From the sequence record NC_010821.1: DNA of 32,000 bases; one strand, written 5' to 3'. Within the stretch, counting starts at the first letter, position 1. Each line of letters opens with the position of its first letter. The position numbers and the translations under genes are program-made. Below, piece by piece: positions 8,956-17,770 of this stretch. Source of the DNA: Pseudomonas phage 201phi2-1. The notes beneath the pieces are model-generated. The model was not told the origin of the DNA, searched no databases, and saw only the letters and a list, made by a program, of their open reading frames with translations.

Positions 8956-9441
8956 ATGCGTAAGGTAATTGCAGTTGTAATGATGGCATTCGCTGGTTTG
9001 GTGCAAGCTGGTATCAACAGTAACATCGAATACGAATATCAGGTTGCTGTACCAAAGACCATGGTGGATGTCGTCGTGACTCCAGCAATGTGTTCTGAAT
9101 ACAGTGGTCTTGCTGTTGGGGCTAAGGTACTGTTTGATTTGAACCTCAGTGATGAGGCCATTCAAAACAGCATGGTTAACGTCGCTGCGGATAACATGGG
9201 TAACCGTGTAGTGTGGTCGACTTTCCATATGGTGCTTAAGCTTGACACCATTACGGCAATGCGAGATTGGCCTAACCAGGCTGAATTCCAGAAGGTGCGT
9301 AAGGCCAGTCCTAATCAAGATGAACGTCTTTACTATCAGAAATATGCCGAGCAACAATGCAAAGCTAATCAAGAAGGTAAGACTATCAAAGTGCTTAAAG
9401 TTGTTCGTCGGGTTGCTGGTAGTAACACTGAGTTCAAATAA
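8956..9441 (+). CDS. exported/periplasmic hypothetical protein (161 aa)
   Basis: Start placed at MRKVIAVVMMAFAGLVQA, a typical signal peptide. Confidence 0.75.
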   Translation: MRKVIAVVMMAFAGLVQAGINSNIEYEYQVAVPKTMVDVVVTPAMCSEYSGLAVGAKVLFDLNLSDEAIQNSMVNVAADNMGNRVVWSTFHMVLKLDTITAMRDWPNQAEFQKVRKASPNQDERLYYQKYAEQQCKANQEGKTIKVLKVVRRVAGSNTEFK

Positions 9442-9450
9442 CGACATAAC

Positions 9451-9470
9451 GCCAGCTCCTTCGGGAGCTG
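9451..9470 (+). terminator. hairpin terminator
   Basis: CCAGCTCC-TTCG-GGAGCTGG followed by CTTATGCCTTTCTTTTTT. Confidence 0.9.
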
Positions 9471-9488
9471 GCTTATGCCTTTTCTTTT

Positions 9489-10349
9489 TTACAACAATTC
9501 AAAACTATACAGCATCTGAACACTCAGTGATTCACTGTGACCCACTTCCTTTGTGTCACCTGCATCGTTAATGGCCCAGAATTTACCAGTAGATGATTCA
9601 GTACTGGTCAGGTACCATTTGCCGGGTTGCAGTGACCAGCCGGATATTGGTGGATTCGTAGAGGGGATACCCGATAAGAAGAATGTGCCAAGGATAGCCT
9701 TGAATTCATCTAATGTAGGTACCCATGTCTGGTATTTCACTTGAGGTGTAGTCAGAGTCCGTCCTTGGGTAACAGCCCCACCTAGCAAAGTAATCGTCAT
9801 AGGTAGGTACTGATCCACTAAGTCACCTGACCTCGCAAAATATCCATTACGGTAAAGTGCGACCGCAGTAACCATCCCCTTGTTTGGTGTAGTATTGCTG
9901 CCATAGAGCACACCGTCAATCGTACACCACATGGGAGCGCTAGCCGCATTATCCCAACCGATATTGGTACCTGCTAATGCTTCAAATGCGCCAATATTTG
10001 GTCGCTCAGCTGCAATGATACTTGAACTAATATAACCTGCATTAGCATCACCGTAAAGGTAATATGGATTCTTGCTAAAGATCGCAATCATCTTATCGGA
10101 CCAATCGATCAATCGAATACATGGACCGTAAACGATCTGATTGTCTCGTCCACGATAAGCCCACATCACCCAGTAAGGCTTGTCCTTAATCGGAAAGGTT
10201 AGATTATATCCCGAATACGAAGTGGTGTTGTTCATATAGGGTTCAGGTAAGCTATCCTTATCGAACTTGGTTTCACTCACATAAACGTAAAGGCCATCGA
10301 TGTGCTCACTCCCGGTTAACCCATAGGGGTTATCAACTGATATTCTCAT
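9489..10349 (-). CDS. putative virion appendage/fibre protein (286 aa)
   Basis: First of four adjacent, architecturally similar ORFs; beta-rich, Gly/Ser/Thr-rich. Confidence 0.6.
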   Translation of the reverse strand: MRISVDNPYGLTGSEHIDGLYVYVSETKFDKDSLPEPYMNNTTSYSGYNLTFPIKDKPYWVMWAYRGRDNQIVYGPCIRLIDWSDKMIAIFSKNPYYLYGDANAGYISSSIIAAERPNIGAFEALAGTNIGWDNAASAPMWCTIDGVLYGSNTTPNKGMVTAVALYRNGYFARSGDLVDQYLPMTITLLGGAVTQGRTLTTPQVKYQTWVPTLDEFKAILGTFFLSGIPSTNPPISGWSLQPGKWYLTSTESSTGKFWAINDAGDTKEVGHSESLSVQMLYSFELL

Positions 10350-11206
10350 GAGTAATTCCTATCTGTCTTTGGTAAGAACCGGATGATGGGTTTCCAATAC
10401 CACTCGTAGTTGTAATGGGTATTCATATAGATGGACTGTGGTCGGCAAGGAGCGTATGGATTTGCTTGTTGAACTAAAGACTGTCCATTAGATTCATTAG
10501 CTATCGCGAATACCATGTAGCTATTGACGTCCTGTCCTACAATTGGACGTAAGGCATTTTGTCGCGGGTATTGTTTAGCGATGTTCCACTTAGTTGGCGT
10601 TTGCCCATCCAGAATAGCTAAAGCAACGCTATTGTCAATTGATTTGATATATTCATAGCTGCAATAACCAACATCGACATTACGCATTGAGCCGCCACCG
10701 GCCCTGCTCATGAAAGCTTCGAAGTTATCAGTTGGGATCTTTATCACACCTGTTGCCAATGTGTAATATATGTCGGACCCTACCTTAAATTTTAGCCATC
10801 TACCATTCCAGTTTTTAAACTCGATGCCTGGACCACCTACGTTAGCTAAGTCAGTTACGCTTGGTAAAAGGCTGGCCTCGCCAGCGTCGACGAGACCAAA
10901 ACTCCAAATCGTGTCAGTACCTGACTCGGCCTGGTCGTATGTACCCGGACCATAGAGACTAACGTCGCCTAATACAATGTTAGGTGACATCACTGATTCG
11001 CCACCTTGTTTGTAAACACGGAAACGATAGTTATAGTCTTGACCCAAAACAGTATCACGGTCAACGTACTGTGTTTCAAATCCATCAAGTGTAGCAATAG
11101 GTGGATTTACAGGAACATCTGGAATCTCAGTACCGACGGGTTCACGGTAGAGATCAATATTCGTCAGTGTTCTGGAGTTAGGGTTATTAAAGTTGATAGT
11201 AATCAT
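10346..11206 (-). CDS. putative virion appendage protein with Fn3-like N-terminus (286 aa)
   Basis: NIDLYREP..YVDRDTVLGQDYNYRFRVYKQGGESVMSP resembles Fn3 repeats. Confidence 0.6.
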   Translation of the reverse strand: MITINFNNPNSRTLTNIDLYREPVGTEIPDVPVNPPIATLDGFETQYVDRDTVLGQDYNYRFRVYKQGGESVMSPNIVLGDVSLYGPGTYDQAESGTDTIWSFGLVDAGEASLLPSVTDLANVGGPGIEFKNWNGRWLKFKVGSDIYYTLATGVIKIPTDNFEAFMSRAGGGSMRNVDVGYCSYEYIKSIDNSVALAILDGQTPTKWNIAKQYPRQNALRPIVGQDVNSYMVFAIANESNGQSLVQQANPYAPCRPQSIYMNTHYNYEWYWKPIIRFLPKTDRNYS

Positions 11207-13161
11207 TGGACCACCACCTTAGCATACGGAGGGTAGATACGATCAACTTGCGGTGCGATCGTATTGATAGGTTTGAGGACTGTCTCCAATGGATCTGCCA
11301 GATCCAGAACCAACAATATCGAATCCGAGGTGTCATTCAACCATGGTTGGCTAAGCATTGTGTAGATTCGATTGTTGTGGAAAGTGGACGTACCTTTGAA
11401 TCGCTTCTGTGCACCGATGCTAGGTACGTCGGCCATAACTTTCAGCCATCTGGATTCATTTGGTAACCACTGATAAACATAGAACTTAGCTTCGTCTGAC
11501 GGAATACTTGCGCTGGTAACCAAGAACAATGTGTCACGCCATGTAAATAACTTACCGCCTTTGGTGACTGGCAGTTCGGTACCTTGGGTTGTGATGCTCG
11601 ACATATAGAACGAGTTCGGTGGGTTCAGCGGTAAAGCTTTACGATAAGCTGCGTTCGTATAACCATTAGCTGAACGCGTGCCGCCGACCTCCATCAGATA
11701 TCCAGCGTATGCCCCAACAGCTGCACCGCCGGAGGTTGATGGCATTCCCGTAGTACCTGTTTGCAGAGTACCGTCAAACGTAGCCGCTTCGGCGGAGTAG
11801 TAAGTACTAGCTATGGTGGGTTGTTCGGTGTAATAAGCTCCGAAGATAAAGATCATATCTTTATTTAGAGCCGTATCGAAGTAGACCGTACCACTGGAAC
11901 CAAAGCCAAATGTAACGTTGGTAGTCAGTGTAGTCCACAACCCTTCCGGTGTACCATTGTCCTCCCAGACTTGAACGTCGTTGTAGAGTTCTTGATAACT
12001 CCACTCGGTCGTGCCAATGCGCTTCACACCACCAAAACAATAAATCTTATTGTTATAGACCCACGTTACTGGCTGGTAAACTCCAACTGGTAGCGGTGCA
12101 TGGATTTGTTCGTCCTCACCATTCAAATCAAAACTGATGTGCCTGGTAGATGCATCTAACCCGGTAGTGAAGGTGGTTGAAATACCACCGAAGAAGTGAA
12201 CTCGGTTGTTAACAACTTCTGCACCACACATCATCATCCGGTCTTCAGGTAGAGTAGGTTTAACCACTACATCAGAATCTGGAAAGGCTGTGTCACTCCG
12301 ACTAACCAATTCCAACACCATGAACAATGGGTGCACACCATTCCAATCAATTAGTATTTGATTGCCGGCAAGATCGACACTAAGGTTATCTGCTTCGGTC
12401 ATACGACTTGAAGTAACAACAGGTGAACTGTAGGTATGTGGATTGTTATTAGAGATCGCAACTTCCTGTTGATTACCCAATACCGATGATGGATACAGTT
12501 TGATATAGAGTTGATTGAACTCGTTCTCAGTCATCAATCTGAATCGGTAGGTAAATCCATTAGCATGTACCTTACGACCTTGCTGCACTTTAGTTGTGAT
12601 GGAGTTATATAAAACCGCATTAAGCTGGTCCTTACCATCGCCACTGCTAAATAATGCACCTGCTTTATAAAGCTCTTCCAAAGAACCTTGTACCACGGGT
12701 ACGTCTGTAATAAAAAGTACCTTGTCATCAATCAAACATTTCTCAACGTTTGTGTTAGCATGATCGACCCCTTCGATCCATGGGATATTAGGAAAGTCTA
12801 CAGGTAACTGACTAACTGGATAAACCGTGTTAAGTGGAATCGATCCATAGCGTCCTACTTTAGCATCACCCCTTAAGATCATATCGGGAACGGTACTATC
12901 TGGATTGACCTGAGGACCCGTGAAGTATTTCTTCATGGTCGTGTACATCGGACCAACGATCTCAGATGCGTTGTGCACTACACCAATCCGGTAATACACT
13001 AGTCGATTAAGTTCAACTGTGGTATCATGGTACTCGGTTGTAGTGGCGGGTAAAGATACCAGGGGAGTAGGACACTTATCATAAGTGAACGTTTCGTAAC
13101 TGCGATAAATATTAATTGTGCTATCGGCAGTCGTATTGTAATTCGTCAAGTCAATACGCAT
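11203..13161 (-). CDS. putative adhesin/fibre: Fn3-like N-terminus, WRPVLE-type domain, kelch-like C-terminus (652 aa)
   Basis: INIYRSYETF..YRIGVVHN; GRKVHANGFTYRFRLMTENEFNQLY..FMVLELV; IYCFGG, MIFIFGA, YLMEVGG blades. Confidence 0.65.
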   Translation of the reverse strand: MRIDLTNYNTTADSTINIYRSYETFTYDKCPTPLVSLPATTTEYHDTTVELNRLVYYRIGVVHNASEIVGPMYTTMKKYFTGPQVNPDSTVPDMILRGDAKVGRYGSIPLNTVYPVSQLPVDFPNIPWIEGVDHANTNVEKCLIDDKVLFITDVPVVQGSLEELYKAGALFSSGDGKDQLNAVLYNSITTKVQQGRKVHANGFTYRFRLMTENEFNQLYIKLYPSSVLGNQQEVAISNNNPHTYSSPVVTSSRMTEADNLSVDLAGNQILIDWNGVHPLFMVLELVSRSDTAFPDSDVVVKPTLPEDRMMMCGAEVVNNRVHFFGGISTTFTTGLDASTRHISFDLNGEDEQIHAPLPVGVYQPVTWVYNNKIYCFGGVKRIGTTEWSYQELYNDVQVWEDNGTPEGLWTTLTTNVTFGFGSSGTVYFDTALNKDMIFIFGAYYTEQPTIASTYYSAEAATFDGTLQTGTTGMPSTSGGAAVGAYAGYLMEVGGTRSANGYTNAAYRKALPLNPPNSFYMSSITTQGTELPVTKGGKLFTWRDTLFLVTSASIPSDEAKFYVYQWLPNESRWLKVMADVPSIGAQKRFKGTSTFHNNRIYTMLSQPWLNDTSDSILLVLDLADPLETVLKPINTIAPQVDRIYPPYAKVVVQ

Positions 13162-13163
13162 GT

Positions 13164-14129
13164 TCAGCTCCCATCAATAGGTCCAGTTAGGCCAGTGTAA
13201 ACCAGTACGGGCCAGATCAACGTAGAGTCCCAATTACTCGTAACTGAATAATCAACATCTTCCACGTGTAGTTCTTTTGGTCGAGCTGGGGCAGGACCTG
13301 TCGCGGTCGTCCAATTAATAGACGTTCCAGTGGTATCAGTCCAATCGCAAGTTAAGATCCACTTCACAGTGTCGCTTGGGTAACGCTGTGTAAGTGTATC
13401 ATAGAACTTCACTTGACCATTATTGATACCTAACCGATTACCTGTTTTGTTGCCAGTATCAGCGTCTTCAATCCGAGAATACATCTCAGTGATCACACCC
13501 AACATGGATCTAAGTTCGCCAGGGAAGTGTTCTATGTCATGTTCAGTATTAGACGAGTGTACTGCCGATGGAACTAACAAAGCCCATTCATGTAAACCCA
13601 TCGTGAATTTAATGGGTTGACCTGAGATCAATGTTTGGACCTGGGTGTCTTGTAAACTGATCTCAGTACCTAATGCAACCGGGTAACTAAAGGTACCGCG
13701 TACTGAACCACCTACAGCGAACTTATGTGGGTAAGTATTAAGCGATTCATCTAGTGGTGATAAGCCAAGTATATTGCGGACATAATTCAAAGAAGGTATC
13801 GTAGCCCCATCGGATGGGAATACGTCGTAATAACCAAATCGTTCATCACCAAAGACGGTTCTCGAATTACCTGGACCTGTATACGGGTTTGCATCAAACG
13901 CAAATAGTTTAGACATTGGGGACGCGTCCTGTCCCGTAACAGACTTAAACCGATAATAATAGGTTAAGCCCTGCTCTACGTCCGTATCAAGGTAAGTCGA
14001 AATACCGTTGTCGACTGTTGCGATTAAAGCTGCCTCATCAGGACGCTCAAAAGGAGACGTTGATCGATAGATCTCAGTCTTATGTACTGACCCAGTATTA
14101 GGGTCTAACCATTTAAGTTGAATTAACAT
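13164..14129 (-). CDS. putative virion appendage protein with Fn3-like N-terminus (321 aa)
   Basis: KTEIYRSTSPF..STYLDTDVEQGLTYYYRFKSVTG is Fn3-like. Confidence 0.6.
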   Translation of the reverse strand: MLIQLKWLDPNTGSVHKTEIYRSTSPFERPDEAALIATVDNGISTYLDTDVEQGLTYYYRFKSVTGQDASPMSKLFAFDANPYTGPGNSRTVFGDERFGYYDVFPSDGATIPSLNYVRNILGLSPLDESLNTYPHKFAVGGSVRGTFSYPVALGTEISLQDTQVQTLISGQPIKFTMGLHEWALLVPSAVHSSNTEHDIEHFPGELRSMLGVITEMYSRIEDADTGNKTGNRLGINNGQVKFYDTLTQRYPSDTVKWILTCDWTDTTGTSINWTTATGPAPARPKELHVEDVDYSVTSNWDSTLIWPVLVYTGLTGPIDGS

Positions 14130-14130
14130 A

Positions 14131-14292
14131 TTAGGCCGGTCCTGGTATAATCTGTGGTTCTTCGGTAGTTGTGTTATCTACATCTATAACCTGGAATGTA
14201 GCAGCTGGTGGAATGCTACCTTCGTAAACGTCAATCGCGTCAGTGATTGCCTGTAACGGCACACCACCAACAAATAGTAAGGCGTCTATCAT
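14131..14292 (-). CDS. small hypothetical protein (53 aa)
   Basis: Manually read ORF absent from the track: MIDALLFVGGVPLQAITDAIDVYEGSIPPAATFQVIDVDNTTTEEPQIIPGPA*; GAGG RBS; abuts the next gene. Confidence 0.7.
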   Translation of the reverse strand: MIDALLFVGGVPLQAITDAIDVYEGSIPPAATFQVIDVDNTTTEEPQIIPGPA

Positions 14293-14337
14293 AGTTACCT
14301 CGATGATTTACAGAGTTACATAACATAACGGCATAAA

Positions 14338-14355
14338 GCCTCCCCGGAGGGAGGC
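14338..14355 (-). terminator. hairpin terminator
   Basis: GCCTCCC-TCCG-GGGAGGC then TTTATGCCG on the - strand. Confidence 0.8.
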
Positions 14356-14666
14356 TAATATAGTGTGCCGATCATGTAATTGGAAAGATAGATATCGATA
14401 CTTCTGTCAGTATGGGTAACTCGCGGTTTCCAATAAGTGTCTCGGCCAGCCAGTGCATCTCGAGCTAAATGACTTTTATATAAGTCCAATAGAAAAGACT
14501 CCAGCATAGCCGCCTTTTGAGCGAGGGTGTGCGAAGAGTCACAGAGGATATTAGCTTCAATATACGTGCGCAGGTTGGTAGCGTAGTATTGGATCAGAGC
14601 TTTATCGGGACCAGCTATTTCATCATACGGATCATGTTGCGTTCCAGTCAAATTAGTTTGTATCAT
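14355..14666 (-). CDS. hypothetical protein (103 aa)
   Basis: ORF in - array. Confidence 0.7.
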   Translation of the reverse strand: MIQTNLTGTQHDPYDEIAGPDKALIQYYATNLRTYIEANILCDSSHTLAQKAAMLESFLLDLYKSHLARDALAGRDTYWKPRVTHTDRSIDIYLSNYMIGTLY

Positions 14667-14674
14667 GGTTGTTC

Positions 14675-15019
14675 CTAAGTGATGGTGAGAATACTATCGC
14701 CATTATAGAAGACTTCAACAATAGTCTTGTTTATATTAACCCATTTTGCTTCGATCGTGTGATCGGGTTTAGTTGCGAACGACATGATCTTGTAAAACTC
14801 TAGGTGTTCATTCAACCGATTCAGGACAAACTGATCGAGTAGTTGTCCCCGATACCTTTCGACAAATATTGGAACTACGATATTGCAGTACGTTTCGATT
14901 AATTCATCATGTGGACATTTGGTTGGGAAGGCCAACTGATATTTTAACCTAGTTAGATCCCATGACGCGTCTCTTTCAGCCTGCGATCTGAAATCGTTAG
15001 TGTAAGGATACATAATCAC
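14675..15019 (-). CDS. hypothetical protein (114 aa)
   Basis: ORF overlapping its neighbour by ATGA. Confidence 0.75.
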   Translation of the reverse strand: MIMYPYTNDFRSQAERDASWDLTRLKYQLAFPTKCPHDELIETYCNIVVPIFVERYRGQLLDQFVLNRLNEHLEFYKIMSFATKPDHTIEAKWVNINKTIVEVFYNGDSILTIT

Positions 15020-15534
15020 CCCATGTCGTTGCAGATAATGACGCCATCAAAGCCAATGTTAGTCAGCCAGTTATAGAACTTCTCTTTACGCACTGCTTTA
15101 AAGAAGGCCACCGAATTCTGAATGTAAATTCTATTAATGGTGATATTGAAGAAATCGTAATCTTGGCGAACGAATTCAGATATCTCCATCTGTGTTAACA
15201 CTCGCCTTACCACACTTAGCGGTAAGCTGGTATTATCCCCGGTTGAGCCGATCGGAACGTATTCACGGTTAAATGTAAAGCTATTGCGAAAGGTCTCACG
15301 AACACTTTGGTTAGGGGTGATTAGGATAGCATCGTCGTACTTAAGGAAATCTTGATGCATCCAGTACGCAGCACCACATTGCCTAGGTGCACGATAACCT
15401 ACTGTTTTAAAATCTTTAAGCCATGTAGCTTGATCATGTTCCAACCCGAAGTGTGCTTTCAATTCAGTGTGGGTCGTTGCTTTCTCAATCATGCCATCAA
15501 TGAAGCTTTGAATAGCCTCTATATGTGGATACAT
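15016..15534 (-). CDS. hypothetical protein (172 aa), paralogue of 7963-8466
   Basis: WLKDFKTVGYRAPRQCGAAY..AILIT aligns with WVVRDCKTIGLYVGRQCGLSQ..CILIT. Confidence 0.8.
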   Translation of the reverse strand: MYPHIEAIQSFIDGMIEKATTHTELKAHFGLEHDQATWLKDFKTVGYRAPRQCGAAYWMHQDFLKYDDAILITPNQSVRETFRNSFTFNREYVPIGSTGDNTSLPLSVVRRVLTQMEISEFVRQDYDFFNITINRIYIQNSVAFFKAVRKEKFYNWLTNIGFDGVIICNDMG

Positions 15535-15560
15535 TGTTATTACCTCTTAGTCGAAATAAA

Positions 15561-15578
15561 TCCTGCCCGAAGGCAGGA
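15561..15578 (-). terminator. hairpin terminator downstream of tRNA-Leu
   Basis: TCCTGCC-TTCG-GGCAGGA then TTTATTTCG on the - strand. Confidence 0.8.
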
Positions 15579-15588
15579 CTATTAGAAT

Positions 15589-15675
15589 TGGTGCCGGTGG
15601 TGGGCCTCGATCCCACAATCCCTTACGGGCGGCGGATTTTAAGTCCGCTATCTATACCAATTCGATCACACCGGC
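15589..15675 (-). tRNA. tRNA-Leu(TAA)
   Basis: GCCGGTG/CACCGGC acceptor, CGGAC-TTAAAAT-CCG anticodon region with TAA, long variable arm, GATCGAGGC T-arm, encoded CCA; 87 nt. Confidence 0.93.
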
Positions 15676-15676
15676 G

Positions 15677-15747
15677 GGTAGCACTGACGAATCAGTGCGA
15701 CGGACTATACTGGTCCGTTGCAGCTCAGTTACCATGAGTAGGCTATC
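15677..15747 (-). other. cloverleaf-like RNA / degenerate tRNA directly upstream of tRNA-Leu
   Basis: On -: GATAGC/GCTACC closing pairs, CTCA-TGGTAAC-TGAG, CGGAC-CAGTATA-GTCCG, GCACTGA-TTCG-TCAGTGC; no canonical T33. Confidence 0.45.
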
Positions 15748-15749
15748 AC

Positions 15750-15781
15750 GGAGTGTAATTACTCATATAGTATTACACTCC
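15750..15781. repeat. perfect inverted repeat, 10 bp arms
   Basis: GGAGTGTAAT 15750-15759 / ATTACACTCC 15772-15781, 12 nt spacer. Confidence 0.85.
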
Positions 15782-15795
15782 TGGTATTCTTTTAC

Positions 15796-16416
15796 TTAGG
15801 GGGTTACCAGCTCGCCCCATTTAGGATCAAAGGCAATCAACTCGTCACGACTGAGTTCACGCATCCGCCAAGCTTGGATGGAATCAAACTTGATTGTGTT
15901 ATCGTGACAGGAGTACATGTATCCTTGAATTCGGTGACCGTCGGTAGTATAGCCAGTGGTTTCAATTGGGCACACGAATACGTTACCGCGTGCACCTTGC
16001 TTGAACGTGTAGTCCTTTAGTCCGTAAACACGTACATTGATTCCTTCACTGACCGTACTTGAGCGACCAGTGGGCCATATGGCATTTTCATAGTAATCAA
16101 CTTGAGCAATGGTAGCGGGCAGCAGTTTACGGAGTTCATATTCAAACTCTATCTTCAGCTTGATGTTATTCAGTGCATCGAATACGACTTGATCAAATAC
16201 ATAGAAGCCTTCATGGGTGTGTCCTTCGCCTCTATGTACGATGAAACCGTGTTCGCGTTCACCTACGTGAATCGGGTATTGCTCCGTAGATTCCTTAATA
16301 GCCCAATCACTGACGTATTCTATTGATTCTACGACTGTTAGAGTCTTACCAGATTGGTGAGTGACCGTGATTGGACCGTGTTGGTCGATGTACGTGCGGA
16401 TGATGTTGTCATTCAT
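15796..16416 (-). CDS. hypothetical protein (206 aa)
   Basis: ORF; start placed at MNDNIIRTYIDQHG (the track's longer start appears to be TTG). Confidence 0.75.
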   Translation of the reverse strand: MNDNIIRTYIDQHGPITVTHQSGKTLTVVESIEYVSDWAIKESTEQYPIHVGEREHGFIVHRGEGHTHEGFYVFDQVVFDALNNIKLKIEFEYELRKLLPATIAQVDYYENAIWPTGRSSTVSEGINVRVYGLKDYTFKQGARGNVFVCPIETTGYTTDGHRIQGYMYSCHDNTIKFDSIQAWRMRELSRDELIAFDPKWGELVTP

Positions 16417-16487
16417 TTTTAATTGCCTTTGATATTGGACATCGTCTTGGTGACGTGCCTTCAATAAATTAATATAGCTAGTATTAT

Positions 16488-17066
16488 TTAACCGTTGAAC
16501 TTACGAGCTTCGGTTTCATTATCGTAGAGTGTGCAACCCCAGTTAGACCAGAGTCCGGTGTTAGGGTTGTAACGCCACTCTTTGGTTTTGTGTTCGCCGA
16601 GTTGTTCTTTAAGGTTTTTCACGGCTTCATTAAAGCTATAGCCTACACCTTTACCCAACAGGTGGGCTTTAGCGTCTTCACCCGTTGCGCGATAACCTTC
16701 CATCCATACTTCGAACTCACGTAGTTTCAATACCGTACCACGTTGCTCCTTCAGGACTTGCATAACTTGTTCGAAGTCGTCATAACCCAATGCGGTTAAA
16801 TCGCGCATCAATGCACGTTGCGCGTCACCATCTTTCAGATGTTCCACCAGATCCTCGTCAACGATCATCAGACCGCCTAATGCAATGATGTTAGCTAACT
16901 GTTGTACTTTCATCCACTCGCCCTTAGGATCGACTACAGGTTCTCCTGAAGGTGGGGGTGCATGACGGTCTAAGATGATACCGATTGGTTTGATGGTGTA
17001 TCGAGTTAGACGTTTAAACACATTAGTGTGGTCTAGGTTAACTTCGGTTGTAAATTCTTGTGTCAT
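16488..17066 (-). CDS. hypothetical protein (192 aa)
   Basis: Long ORF in - array. Confidence 0.8.
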   Translation of the reverse strand: MTQEFTTEVNLDHTNVFKRLTRYTIKPIGIILDRHAPPPSGEPVVDPKGEWMKVQQLANIIALGGLMIVDEDLVEHLKDGDAQRALMRDLTALGYDDFEQVMQVLKEQRGTVLKLREFEVWMEGYRATGEDAKAHLLGKGVGYSFNEAVKNLKEQLGEHKTKEWRYNPNTGLWSNWGCTLYDNETEARKFNG

Positions 17067-17075
17067 TTTAGTTAC

Positions 17076-17333
17076 TCAGTGAATTACGTCAATGCCATGG
17101 GTATGACACATGCACGTACATAGGTCGGATTCCTTCCCGTCTAGTAATAGGAAGGATTGTTGTGGCCATCGTTGCTCACGACTGTAGATCCATTTAGCCA
17201 TATCAGACTCACGGTCTTCGCGGACTTCTACAATAGCACTTAAGCCGAATAACTCCCGGATGGTTTCCATATTGACTGCACCCGGAGAAGTTTGATATTT
17301 TGCATAGGTTCTTTCACAGCAGGGTTGGCACAT
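17076..17333 (-). CDS. small Cys/His-rich, possibly zinc-binding protein (85 aa)
   Basis: MCQPCCERTY...DLCTCMCHTHG; start chosen at MCQPCC to reduce overlap. Confidence 0.6.
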   Translation of the reverse strand: MCQPCCERTYAKYQTSPGAVNMETIRELFGLSAIVEVREDRESDMAKWIYSREQRWPQQSFLLLDGKESDLCTCMCHTHGIDVIH

Positions 17334-17340
17334 GGTCACC

Positions 17341-17523
17341 TCACAGTGTGCATCGACGGTTAAGTAGTTCTTCTGTAACTTCTTCTGCCTTGAGTTGTGC
17401 TGCAATCCGACGGTCGGTTGCAGCTAGTCGTTCCTGAGTCTTACGTAAGCGCTCAGCCCGTTCCTCAGGGGTTTCCTTAGAACGACGATAATCAATTAGA
17501 TCTTGAATAGATTGAAGGCTCAT
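17341..17523 (-). CDS. hypothetical protein (60 aa)
   Basis: Highly charged ORF, ATGA junction with the upstream small ORF. Confidence 0.65.
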   Translation of the reverse strand: MSLQSIQDLIDYRRSKETPEERAERLRKTQERLAATDRRIAAQLKAEEVTEELLNRRCTL

Positions 17524-17693
17524 AAATCGACCACTCGGTTTAGCATTTCTGGCGTTACTTTTTGTGCTTCAGCTTTTCGCTTCAGAATAATTGTCATTAT
17601 CCTAGTCCTAGCTCGTGCCTTACGTAAGAATTCCTCGTGGGAACTGTACCCCATTACTTTCCAACAACTTGGTTCGCGTTCCTGAGTCGACAT
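17520..17693 (-). CDS. small basic hypothetical protein (57 aa)
   Basis: Manually read ORF absent from the track: MSTQEREPSCWKVMGYSSHEEFLRKARARTRIMTIILKRKAEAQKVTPEMLNRVVDL*; CGGAG upstream; ATGA overlap. Confidence 0.65.
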   Translation of the reverse strand: MSTQEREPSCWKVMGYSSHEEFLRKARARTRIMTIILKRKAEAQKVTPEMLNRVVDL

Positions 17694-17750
17694 AGTCTTA
17701 ACTCCGATTTATTAGTTATAATAAGTGCACTCCAGTAAAATACGGCATAA

Positions 17751-17770
17751 GGAAACCCCTGAGGGTTTCC
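17751..17770 (-). terminator. hairpin terminator
   Basis: GGAAACCC-TCAG-GGGTTTCC then TTATGCCGTATTTT on the - strand. Confidence 0.8.
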
